45,232 bases of DNA from NCBI GenBank assembly GCA_050298055.1, contig JBNKTL010000042.1, positions 1 to 45,232 on the forward strand. Direction: 5' to 3'. Source of the DNA: Spirochaetota bacterium. Lineage in GTDB: Bacteria > Spirochaetota > UBA4802 > UBA5550. The notes below the pieces were generated by a model that made no database searches, was not told where the DNA came from, and saw only the letters and a list, made by a program, of their open reading frames with translations. Positions 29,332-37,578 of this stretch are shown piece by piece. Position 1 is the stretch's first letter; each line of letters starts with the position of its first letter. A program made the translations under genes and the position numbers.

Positions 29332-29828
29332 AAGCCGATCTTCCTTTTCGGCCCGGCATCCTCCCTGATCAGCATTTTTATGGCATCAAAAACAATTTTG
29401 AACTGTTTATCATATTTCTTTTCCATGGATTCTATCTTTTTTTGCAGGTCTTCAGAGGAGGATATCATCTGCTTCAACTGTGTAAACGTTCTCATAATCT
29501 GGATATTGACATTAATGGCCCTTTCGCTGTGCAAAACCGAAGAAAGCATGGCAACTCCCTGTTCAGTGAAAGCCATAGGGGAATACCTGAGACCTTTTTT
29601 ATCACTATTGGAGGCCGCAATTTGCGACCTCCAATTATTTAGCTCTTCACGGGACAACTCAAACATAAAATCCTCAGGAAATCGTCTGATATTTCTTCTT
29701 ACCTGTTCCTTTAATCTCTTCGTTTCCACACCATAGAGCCCGGCAAGGTCCCTGTCCAGCATAACTTTTACCCCCCTGATAAAGTAAATTTTTGACAAAA
29801 TTTTTTCAGACATAATGACTTCTTTCAT
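29328..29828 (-). CDS. ORF6N domain DNA-binding protein
   Basis: IRG.KVMLDRDLA.LYGVETK, RFPEDFMF, FTEQGVAMLSSVL, C-terminal IGF. Confidence 0.93.
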   Translation of the reverse strand: MKEVIMSEKILSKIYFIRGVKVMLDRDLAGLYGVETKRLKEQVRRNIRRFPEDFMFELSREELNNWRSQIAASNSDKKGLRYSPMAFTEQGVAMLSSVLHSERAINVNIQIMRTFTQLKQMISSSEDLQKKIESMEKKYDKQFKIVFDAIKMLIREDAGPKRKIGF

Positions 29829-29962
29829 TTTTTTCTCCTCATATTAAATTATTACATGCCTCTCTATTAATACGAAGAAGATCTGAAAATATTAAAATTT
29901 TTTTCCTGTGTGGTGTGGGTATATGTCTAAAGGATCATGAACGGTGAGGGCTTTGAGGTTAC

Positions 29963-29989
29963 TCATGGGACAAACTCAACTTCTATCAC
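29963..29989 (-). pseudogene. Possible stub of a ParE/RelE toxin (MIEVEFVP*)
   Basis: GTG overlaps the antitoxin stop (GTGA); resembles a typical ParE N-terminus, then stops. Confidence 0.35.
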
Positions 29990-30198
29990 TTTTTTATCCT
30001 GTTGATAACTTCATCATAGGGTCTGCTTTTTATTTTACCCTTCTTTAATGCTTCATAGCGTTCTTCAGATTCCTTTATCCACTTGTTCATAATCTCAGGA
30101 TCCGGTTTATCAAGGCTTTCCAATAATATTTCTACAAGATGGATTTTATCTATTGCGTTTAATTCCAATGCCTTACTCTGTAGTTCTTTCTGTATCAT
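29986..30198 (-). CDS. Putative addiction module antitoxin (TIGR02574-like)
   Basis: AL.L...DK..L...LLESLD......W..E.E.R....G pattern. Confidence 0.85.
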   Translation of the reverse strand: MIQKELQSKALELNAIDKIHLVEILLESLDKPDPEIMNKWIKESEERYEALKKGKIKSRPYDEVINRIKK

Positions 30199-30239
30199 GG
30201 TCTGTTCTCCGGTAGAATAAATGTTATTCTAACAATAAT

Positions 30240-30491
30240 TTAATCACTCTCCAGGCCGAGAAGACTCGCAACAGATATGTCCTCGTCAAGTTCCTCCCAG
30301 TGTATGCCGTGCCCTTTCCCGATCAACTCCCAGTTTTTTCTCTGCTCAGGAGTACCGGAATTTAACCGGGGAAAATACCGGACAGGAACATGAATGACTC
30401 TCGCGTCTTCCAGGGTCACGATCAGTTCATCGGATGTGACTTCAACATCCTTTGCTAAAGGCATAAATTTAATCTTGCCTAAAGAACTCAT
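30240..30491 (-). CDS. DUF2442 protein (TA component)
   Basis: L.V.L.D.R....P....PRL, GIHWEELDEDISV; start likely ATG 30491. Confidence 0.88.
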   Translation of the reverse strand: MSSLGKIKFMPLAKDVEVTSDELIVTLEDARVIHVPVRYFPRLNSGTPEQRKNWELIGKGHGIHWEELDEDISVASLLGLESD

Positions 30492-30708
30492 GCCATGCCT
30501 CCTCAATAAGTGTCTGGTTAGAAAATACTATTTCCTTAATTTTTTTCAAATCATTTTTCTTAAAACCGGAATTATATGCAAGGGCCACCGGCTTAATCCA
30601 GTACTTTGCCAGCATGTCATCCCTGCAGACATGGACATGCACAGGCTCATTGCCTTCTTTGCTGTAGAAGAAAAACCTGTACCCCTGTTGTCGTAAAATA
30701 GTAGGCAT
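30469..30708 (-). CDS. DUF4160 protein (TA component)
   Basis: MPT....GYRFFFYS.E..EP.HVHV, AKYW, W.EFF. Confidence 0.9.
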   Translation of the reverse strand: MPTILRQQGYRFFFYSKEGNEPVHVHVCRDDMLAKYWIKPVALAYNSGFKKNDLKKIKEIVFSNQTLIEEAWHEFFRQD

Positions 30709-30802
30709 AATTTATGTATTCAAAAAATAATGGAAGTAACAGCTGAATTATTCTCAGTAATTATTAATACGATTGAGAAAGGAAAATAATAAAAATTTTT
30801 TT

Positions 30803-30842
30803 AAAAAAAAAGCCGCCCCATTCTCTGGAACAGCTTTTTTTA
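30803..30842 (-). terminator. Intrinsic terminator after the S74 gene
   Basis: Minus strand GCTGTTCCA-GAGAA-TGGGGCGGC followed by a T-run. Confidence 0.65.
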
Positions 30843-30979
30843 ATGCCCTGTCAATTTTATCTCTTTATAATAATCTCAAAAACTTCACCCCTCTTCTCTT
30901 CAATTCAAAATCCAACATTTAAAATTTAACATTAAGAAAACTTCTCTTCAACATGAAACTCGAAACATGTAACTTGTAA

Positions 30980-31984
30980 CTATCTCAAAACAACCCTCTT
31001 CCCCTCCATCATCCTCTCCAGCGCCGCGACCCTCTCATTGACCTTCTCCAGGGAAGCGATCCTCTTTTTCAGGGACAGATTCTCCTTCTCAAGGGAGGAT
31101 ATCTTCGCGTCACTTACACTCTTCATCTCCTTCATGGCCTCAACGATCACCGCCGTGAGCTTGTTGTACGACATTGACTTGTAGCCTTTACTGTCGGTGT
31201 AAACAAGTTCCGGGACCACCTTCTCCACCTCCTGGGCGATGAAGCCAATCTGCCGGTCTTTGCTGAAGTTCATGTTTTTATACTTTTCGGTCTTCCAGTT
31301 GTAGAAGACGCCGTTGAGCGCCATGAGCTTCTGCAGGGCGTGGCTGATGGGGGTGATGGAGTGTTTGTAGCGGATGTCGGAGGAGCAGGAGTAGTTTGTG
31401 GCACTTATTGTACCGACAACATCCAGTTTGTTTGAAGGATCAATTGTACCGATTCCTATATTACCATCAGCAGTAATAATAAACTTATTCTCAAAACCTG
31501 AACCATTGTCAAAATTAAAAACCAAATCATTGTATGGAGCATGTTTTGCAGAAATTCCTAATTTCCAGGTTGCTTGACCTCCTGCGCTATCGTCACTTCT
31601 AAATATTGAAATAGAGCTGTTTGAGCCTGTAAGATTTAAATTGCCATATTCTGTCAAATGCAATATATTTTTTTCAGTATCACCATTTGCAATAACAGAA
31701 AAAAATAAATCATTATAGGGTACTTGATAACTCGTTATTTTAGATTTCCATGTAGCAGTATTACCAGCACTATCATCACTTCTTTCAATTAGAATACTAC
31801 TTTTTGTAGATACAGAACCATCAATGATAACATTATCAGGAGTTGTAATAACACCTGAAACCGAATCATCCCACTGTGCAAAAAGTACTGTCCCAAACAC
31901 AGTTACAGATACTACAATCATCAATATGATTTTTCTTTTTCTTACTAACTTCTTTATCTTCGCCATTTTTTTCTCCTTTCCCAC
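30980..31984 (-). CDS. Secreted fibre-like protein with Peptidase_S74 intramolecular chaperone domain
   Basis: Signal peptide, GNIGIGT..P..KLDV.G, SSDIRYK, IGFIAQEVE.VVPELV, C-terminal coiled coil; start likely ATG at MAKIK. Confidence 0.88.
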   Translation of the reverse strand: MGKEKKMAKIKKLVRKRKIILMIVVSVTVFGTVLFAQWDDSVSGVITTPDNVIIDGSVSTKSSILIERSDDSAGNTATWKSKITSYQVPYNDLFFSVIANGDTEKNILHLTEYGNLNLTGSNSSISIFRSDDSAGGQATWKLGISAKHAPYNDLVFNFDNGSGFENKFIITADGNIGIGTIDPSNKLDVVGTISATNYSCSSDIRYKHSITPISHALQKLMALNGVFYNWKTEKYKNMNFSKDRQIGFIAQEVEKVVPELVYTDSKGYKSMSYNKLTAVIVEAMKEMKSVSDAKISSLEKENLSLKKRIASLEKVNERVAALERMMEGKRVVLR

Positions 31985-32097
31985 GGGATTAATCCCGTGG
32001 TTACAAATATTATTTTCTTTTTTATGGCTCCGGGTTAAAACCCGGAGCTATTGTCATTTATCCTTTTCATCTCCCGCGGGTTAAAACCCGCGGGAGA
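31981..32097. repeat. Three clustered REP-like palindromes (family C)
   Basis: CCACGGGATTAATCCCGTGG; GCTCCGGGTTAAAACCCGGAGC; TCTCCCGCGGGTTAAAACCCGCGGGAGA. Confidence 0.8.
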
Positions 32098-32237
32098 CTG
32101 GTTGATTAATAGTGGACTTATTTGCCTGCTTACTGCTTTCATAGGATTTCTTTCTGTTTTTTTCTACACTTTTTTTACTGGGAGCATTGAGTTCCGCAGC
32201 ACTTCCGGGCATGAGTTTGCCTGGCACTTACTAATGA

Positions 32238-33248
32238 TTAATAACATCTGTTCAAACAATGTTCCGGCCCATAAACTTTATCAAGACATGAATTTTGAAC
32301 GCATGGCCTTGGATCACAGGGTGGACCGTATATTGCCTGTGCCGATGCAATATCAGAACTGCTTAAATGTGATCTCTGGCCAATGGTACTATTGCACATA
32401 TTAATTTTCTCCTGTTCACTTACATTGAGAGGCCATAAGACAAAATCCCCGTCCTTGTAGCAAGGATAGTGCATGATCGATTCATAATCATAATCCGTCA
32501 GAGCATATGCCACTTCAAATTCAACTGTTTGTTCCTCCATGACAGGCTCCCACCAATAACATATACCCCAGACTTTTTTCGCACACTTGAGAGTCGGGAC
32601 TGTTACTGTATATGAAACAACATTATCGATAATATCATACTGGTCGTGCCAGTCAGAAGAAATATTATCATAATCTACAAAGATATAATCATTCCTGTCA
32701 AACCTCTGGTGCTCATGTAATAAACCCAGGACATGTCCCAGTTCATGTCTCATTGTGCCTTTTATACTATCTAAAGAATAATAGTCTTTAAATTTAACAT
32801 AAGGGGATAATTGCCATCCGACTGTCGCTTCTCCGGCACCGGCTATGGAATTATCTATATAAATCTGTAGAACAAATGGCGTTAAGAAGACCTCGTTGGG
32901 ATCAAATTGATCTGTAATGTCATGGAAGAAAACACCCACATTGCTTTGCCACTCATCCATGGCTTCTCTAATTATTCTTTTCTGTTCATCAGTGATAACT
33001 CCGCCGTTTGTTACCACATTATCCCTGAAGACATAGGGAATACTTGTATTCCAGCTTAAGAGATCTCCAACATTAACCGCATAGGCATACCCCTTTGATA
33101 AAATTGGATTTTCAGTATCGAAAACCTGGTCTCCGATTTTTAAGAGTTTCTCTTCCCTGTTTATGTCAGAATTACAATTTGTTATGGAAATAATAATTAT
33201 TACAAATAGGAATTCTTTAGCAATAGATAAAAATTTCCTGGTAGTCAT
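32238..33248 (-). CDS. M12A (astacin-like) zinc metalloprotease lipoprotein
   Basis: HELGHVLGLLHEHQRFDR, DYESIMHY Met-turn, lipobox-like ITNC. Confidence 0.9.
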   Translation of the reverse strand: MTTRKFLSIAKEFLFVIIIISITNCNSDINREEKLLKIGDQVFDTENPILSKGYAYAVNVGDLLSWNTSIPYVFRDNVVTNGGVITDEQKRIIREAMDEWQSNVGVFFHDITDQFDPNEVFLTPFVLQIYIDNSIAGAGEATVGWQLSPYVKFKDYYSLDSIKGTMRHELGHVLGLLHEHQRFDRNDYIFVDYDNISSDWHDQYDIIDNVVSYTVTVPTLKCAKKVWGICYWWEPVMEEQTVEFEVAYALTDYDYESIMHYPCYKDGDFVLWPLNVSEQEKINMCNSTIGQRSHLSSSDIASAQAIYGPPCDPRPCVQNSCLDKVYGPEHCLNRCY

Positions 33249-33316
33249 ATTAAGCTCCTTTTATCGGCTCTAGTATGATACTCATAGCTAATTTTCATTA
33301 TAATTAACTACTCATA

Positions 33317-35128
33317 TTACTGGCTGCATGATGCATTGCAGCAGTTTATTTGTGTTCCCGGAATGTCACAGGGAGTAGCATACTTTGTCGGATTCCCATA
33401 AACCGGTTCATAGTTTTTAATGAATATTATCTTATTGGAGCAGTCATCCATGACCTGGTGTTCTTCACAGAAAGTTTCATCACCATCCACAGCAGGATAC
33501 TTTTCTACTGTAACGCGTACTGCTATTGAGGGAAAATATTTCATAAATGGTTCTATTTCTACATCACAGGATGTACTTGTACAATTACTGCTCACTGTTT
33601 CAAAGTAATGAGGGGGTCTATAACATGAGGTGCCAAAGTCAACATCACCTTTTATAACTTCGTTTACATTAATTCGATTACCTGATAAATAACTATAATA
33701 ACTATTAAACTCATCAATTGGTAACCAATTGGGATCTCTTTTGATAAAAAGATCCCCGTTTTCATCCGTTTTGTTCCAGACAAAACTGGCTTCAACATTT
33801 GTCACTTTATAACCATTAATTTGATTTTTTAAATATGTTATTGGTTCGTCCAGACCAATTTCAACAGCAAAACGAACAATTTTAGTACTACAAGAAATAC
33901 AACCACACGATATTCCATTAATGCTACTACCAGCAATTCTTGGTTTAATATTTAGTGAATATATACCCAGTTTATTTTGATAAATCGAATCATACATTGC
34001 GCTATCATTTGCCGTACGTTGGGTACCCGGCACTGCAACAGTTATATTGCTTATTGGTTGAATATTTTCAAATCTTAAATCACCACCCCCAATGATATCA
34101 CCTTCCAATACAATTGGAACCATTCTCTCTTTCTTACCGTATGAAGATATCGATTTAACAAATCCCGCTAAACCTGCAGCGGCACCAATAACTGTCGAAT
34201 ATTCACTGATCAGAAGTCCTTGTTTTACTAAAAAATTTACAGCTTTTTGTGAGTTTTTATAGTATGACCATGCTTGCATACCATCACTAATCAGTGATGA
34301 CAATCCAAAGGACCTTACGCTTCCAAAGTCAAGCTTCCCCGTTAAGCTTAACGAACCGTTAAAAGTAAATTCCCCTTCATTAACTTCCACGGCATTCATT
34401 GTAAATTTAAAATTGGCATCACTCTGTAAATATGGATCATACCCCGCTACCACAAAATCAGCGTAGTTCCAGTTTGTGTCCTGTAGTTTTGTAATAACTG
34501 TTATACTTTGATTACTATAGTCTTCCTGGTCATTATAATCCTCAAGGGTGCTATATTCATTGTTTTCAAATGACAGGTGCGCGGAATTACCGTCAGAATA
34601 TTCCAGTGATACTTTTCCTATGGAGTAGGGAATACCCGAACCTTCATTGTAAAAAAAGTAGAACAACCTGATCAATCCTCTTGCTCTATTGTATAAAGCA
34701 AAAAAGGGCGATAACGGCAATTGCGAATCGGCCCTTGCGTCGCATCCGAAATCTTTTGCCAGTAATTCCCAGCCATCATCCGGTGAAATATCTAGTTTTT
34801 CAATATCCTCCCCAAAATCCCAGTATGCGGGGCTTTCCGGTGAGTACCAGGGCATCTGTACCTGTCTATGCTGTTTTATTAAGTTTCTGTCCTTAAAATA
34901 GATATCAACTAAATCATTTGGGCCGTATGCTGTCCAGTCCCACCCGGAGATCTGATCCGGATGCTGACAGTCACTTGCTGGCAATTGAGTTCTTGTAAAA
35001 GGAACATTATCATATGATTTATTATTTAAGAAATTGCTTTCATTATCTTTATTGCAACTGTATTCGGATATACTGAATAAAAGTATAAAGAACAGAACAA
35101 TAGACTTTTTTATAATATTGTTTATCAT
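33317..35128 (-). CDS. Large Cys-rich hypothetical lipoprotein
   Basis: Signal peptide ending YSC; DGWELLAKDFG, FALYNR.RG..R.F; Cys-rich C-terminal half. Confidence 0.8.
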   Translation of the reverse strand: MINNIIKKSIVLFFILLFSISEYSCNKDNESNFLNNKSYDNVPFTRTQLPASDCQHPDQISGWDWTAYGPNDLVDIYFKDRNLIKQHRQVQMPWYSPESPAYWDFGEDIEKLDISPDDGWELLAKDFGCDARADSQLPLSPFFALYNRARGLIRLFYFFYNEGSGIPYSIGKVSLEYSDGNSAHLSFENNEYSTLEDYNDQEDYSNQSITVITKLQDTNWNYADFVVAGYDPYLQSDANFKFTMNAVEVNEGEFTFNGSLSLTGKLDFGSVRSFGLSSLISDGMQAWSYYKNSQKAVNFLVKQGLLISEYSTVIGAAAGLAGFVKSISSYGKKERMVPIVLEGDIIGGGDLRFENIQPISNITVAVPGTQRTANDSAMYDSIYQNKLGIYSLNIKPRIAGSSINGISCGCISCSTKIVRFAVEIGLDEPITYLKNQINGYKVTNVEASFVWNKTDENGDLFIKRDPNWLPIDEFNSYYSYLSGNRINVNEVIKGDVDFGTSCYRPPHYFETVSSNCTSTSCDVEIEPFMKYFPSIAVRVTVEKYPAVDGDETFCEEHQVMDDCSNKIIFIKNYEPVYGNPTKYATPCDIPGTQINCCNASCSQ

Positions 35129-35146
35129 TTCAAATTCTCCAAATTT

Positions 35147-35407
35147 TTATTTTTGTTTATTCCAATTCATTCGAATTTTAATTTTTCTTTTATTTTTTAT
35201 TTCTTCATTTTCAAAGTCAGTACACTTTGAATTTTTATATTGATCCTGTTTATCTCTCTGTTCTGTTCCTTTGTTTACCTTACTATGATCAAAATTAGTT
35301 GCCTTTTTATTTGAGCTGTTTATATAAACTGTCACAGCTATTACACATCCTGTAACAAGAATGAGAGATAGTTTTAATCTTACATTTTTCATGAAATTCT
35401 CCAGCAT
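35147..35407 (-). CDS. Small hypothetical exported or membrane protein (possibly a fragment)
   Basis: N-terminal hydrophobic helix, Lys-rich tail; co-oriented with the island genes. Confidence 0.4.
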   Translation of the reverse strand: MLENFMKNVRLKLSLILVTGCVIAVTVYINSSNKKATNFDHSKVNKGTEQRDKQDQYKNSKCTDFENEEIKNKRKIKIRMNWNKQK

Positions 35408-35729
35408 ACTTTATTTTATCCGTCACCATTCCCAACACCAAAACTCTTCTCCTCCAATTCAAAACTCAACACTTCCTCTCTCTCCCCCCTCTTCCTCTCC
35501 AATCCAAAACCCTCTCCCATCTGCTTTTATCTGCGGCTTTCTTTTCTCATTTTCTTCAACCCAAAACTTCTCCACACTTGGAACTTGAAACTCGGAACTT
35601 GAAACTAATCTTTACCCCATAAGCGCAAAAACCCCCTCCGGAGTGACAAAATTTTTTTTTGAATTTAAAAAAAAGGGGGTGAGGGCATTGATTGTATGTG
35701 ACAGTATTTACAGGATCAGCGGAATCTTC

Positions 35730-37046
35730 TTACAGTATTCCCGCCATGTAGAGGGGAAAGTTCTTTATTATGTTGTCTTCATGAACCTCAAGGTTCCTGC
35801 CGGAAATCTTAATTGCAGTCTCGGGATTATACCTGCTAATAAACTGCCCCAGGCTCTTGGCTTTGGTCCTTCTGCCCGATTTCACCTCAACCGGAACAAT
35901 CTTCCCGTTCATGACCCTTAAGAACTCAATCTCCGAACTGTTTTCTTCCCATGAATAGAGCTTGTCCACCCCGGCGGCTTTAAACTCCTGGGCCACAAAG
36001 TTTTCCGCGAAGAAACCCTTTGTTATCCCATACTCTTCTGTCTCTATTGCCTGCACCGGCAAATCGAGCATCGCGCCCAGCAGCCCCGTATCAAAAACGA
36101 ACAGCTTGAATATATTGCTCTTTGTAAATGACTCAAGAGGGATTTCGGCCCTGTTGCATATTTTCGATTTTAACACAAGCCCGGCCTTTTCCAGCCACTG
36201 GATGGGGCCTTCCAGGCTTGAATAACCCCTCTTTTTCGGCAAAACATCCTTAAAATAGTAGCGCTTAACGGTACCGTCGATATTCCGTGAAAGCTGAATC
36301 GGTATGTTTTCAAAAACGGCTATTATATGCATGGAATTTAATTTACCCGAATGTTTGGCAAAATCCATGCCGTAACTGTGAACCAGCTGTTTCTGTAATT
36401 TCCTGACCTCTTCAAGATTTTGTACGGGATTATCTCCGCCTTCCAGATAAGTTTTAACGATCCGGGGCATACCCCCGGTAAAATAGTATTCTTTTAGTTT
36501 GCCCCACATTTTCTGATGGAGGACCTCCGGTATATTCCCGGTTTCCCTGCCCGCGCGCAAGATCTCAAGGTCCGCAGTACCGCTACAGGCCATTAAAAAT
36601 TCTTCAAAATTCATGGGGTAGAGATGATAGAATTCCACTTTACCCACGGGAAAGGACTCCGATGACAGTTTTACTCCTATGAGAGAACCGGCAGCGCACA
36701 GGGCAAGCCCGGGAAGGTCTTCGGAAAAGTATTTTAAACTGGCAATGGCTTCGGGGCATTCCTGTATCTCATCAAAGATCATAAGGTCATTTTCAATATC
36801 AATATTTTTCTCAATAACAAGGGAAAGCTCTTTTATGATCCTATCAGGGAAGAGATCTTTTTCAAAAACCAGGCGCAGCCTTTTGTCCTGTTCAAAGTTA
36901 AAGATATGAAAATCCTTAAAGGCATTTTCTCCCAACTGTTTTAACAGATAGCTTTTCCCCACCTGCCGCGCCCCCTGCAATATCAGGGGTCTTCTCGATC
37001 TTGACTCTTTCCATTTGAGAAGGTCATTATATAATATACGTTTCAT
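35730..37046 (-). CDS. AAA+ ATPase (AAA_14) with DUF4143 domain
   Basis: GARQVGKS Walker A, IFDEIQ Walker B, GGMP, DTGLL, EIEF..PVEVKS; ATG 37046. Confidence 0.93.
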   Translation of the reverse strand: MKRILYNDLLKWKESRSRRPLILQGARQVGKSYLLKQLGENAFKDFHIFNFEQDKRLRLVFEKDLFPDRIIKELSLVIEKNIDIENDLMIFDEIQECPEAIASLKYFSEDLPGLALCAAGSLIGVKLSSESFPVGKVEFYHLYPMNFEEFLMACSGTADLEILRAGRETGNIPEVLHQKMWGKLKEYYFTGGMPRIVKTYLEGGDNPVQNLEEVRKLQKQLVHSYGMDFAKHSGKLNSMHIIAVFENIPIQLSRNIDGTVKRYYFKDVLPKKRGYSSLEGPIQWLEKAGLVLKSKICNRAEIPLESFTKSNIFKLFVFDTGLLGAMLDLPVQAIETEEYGITKGFFAENFVAQEFKAAGVDKLYSWEENSSEIEFLRVMNGKIVPVEVKSGRRTKAKSLGQFISRYNPETAIKISGRNLEVHEDNIIKNFPLYMAGIL

Positions 37047-37095
37047 ACTACTCAAAATATATCTTATATGGACTTATTTCAAGTATTTTTTCATA

Positions 37096-37157
37096 ATTAT
37101 ACGACTTTTTCATATGAATAATTCTTATTATACAGATTTTTTGATACGAATATTTCC
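37096..37157. repeat. About 31-bp degenerate tandem repeat upstream of the AAA gene
   Basis: ATTATAC-GACTTTTTCATATGAATAATTC / ATTATACAGATTTTTTGATACGAATATTTC. Confidence 0.6.
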
Positions 37158-37363
37158 AAATTGCCTAAATTTTCCTGTAAAAAAACCGTAATTATTACTT
37201 ATGATTATTATAATCAGTTTTTTTTATGAGACTTTCTATTTTACTTACAGGATTGGTTTAATAACATATTGTTAAATTTTCAATTGCAATCTTAAGTCCC
37301 CCTTTGGGGGATTTAGGGGGACTTTGTGGGTAGAAGTCAGCCTTTCGGGAGAGGGGGCCGGGG

Positions 37364-37483
37364 GCCAACACTTTTTGCACGTCGCTTGAGCAGGAAGCTC
37401 TGATGCAGAGCCACGACAGGACGTCGTAATTGGCTCTGCCTGTGCAGTGTTGGCATCAACCTCATCGTGAGAACGCGGTGAGG
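37364..37483 (+). ncRNA. Structured element with two AGGA-loop hairpins (candidate cis-regulatory RNA)
   Basis: Outer stems GCCAACAC/GTGTTGGC and TGCAC/GTGCA enclose GAGC-AGGAA-GCTC and GCAGAGCC-ACGAC-AGGAC-GTCGT-aatt-GGCTCTGC; a further G-U-containing hairpin at 37460-37483. Confidence 0.45.
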
Positions 37484-37578
37484 GCATTGTTCCTGGCACA
37501 TTCAATCCAAAAAAACTGTTTGACAAATGGGAAAACTCATAATGATGAATGAATATATTTCTTTGTGCAGGCATATAA

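Noticed and set aside
29927..29965. Sec or other readthrough of the TGA ending the toxin stub
   Set aside because: The downstream frame (VTSKPSPFMIL*) closes quickly, does not look like ParE and has no SECIS-like hairpin.
30980..31984. Prophage, suggested by the tail-fibre-like S74 gene and ORF6N
   Set aside because: The S74 protein has a signal peptide, and there are no terminase, capsid, tail or integrase genes nearby.
37399..37410. Hammerhead ribozyme core (CTGATG)
   Set aside because: Sequence reads CTGATGC, not CUGAUGA, and there is no correctly placed GAAA.
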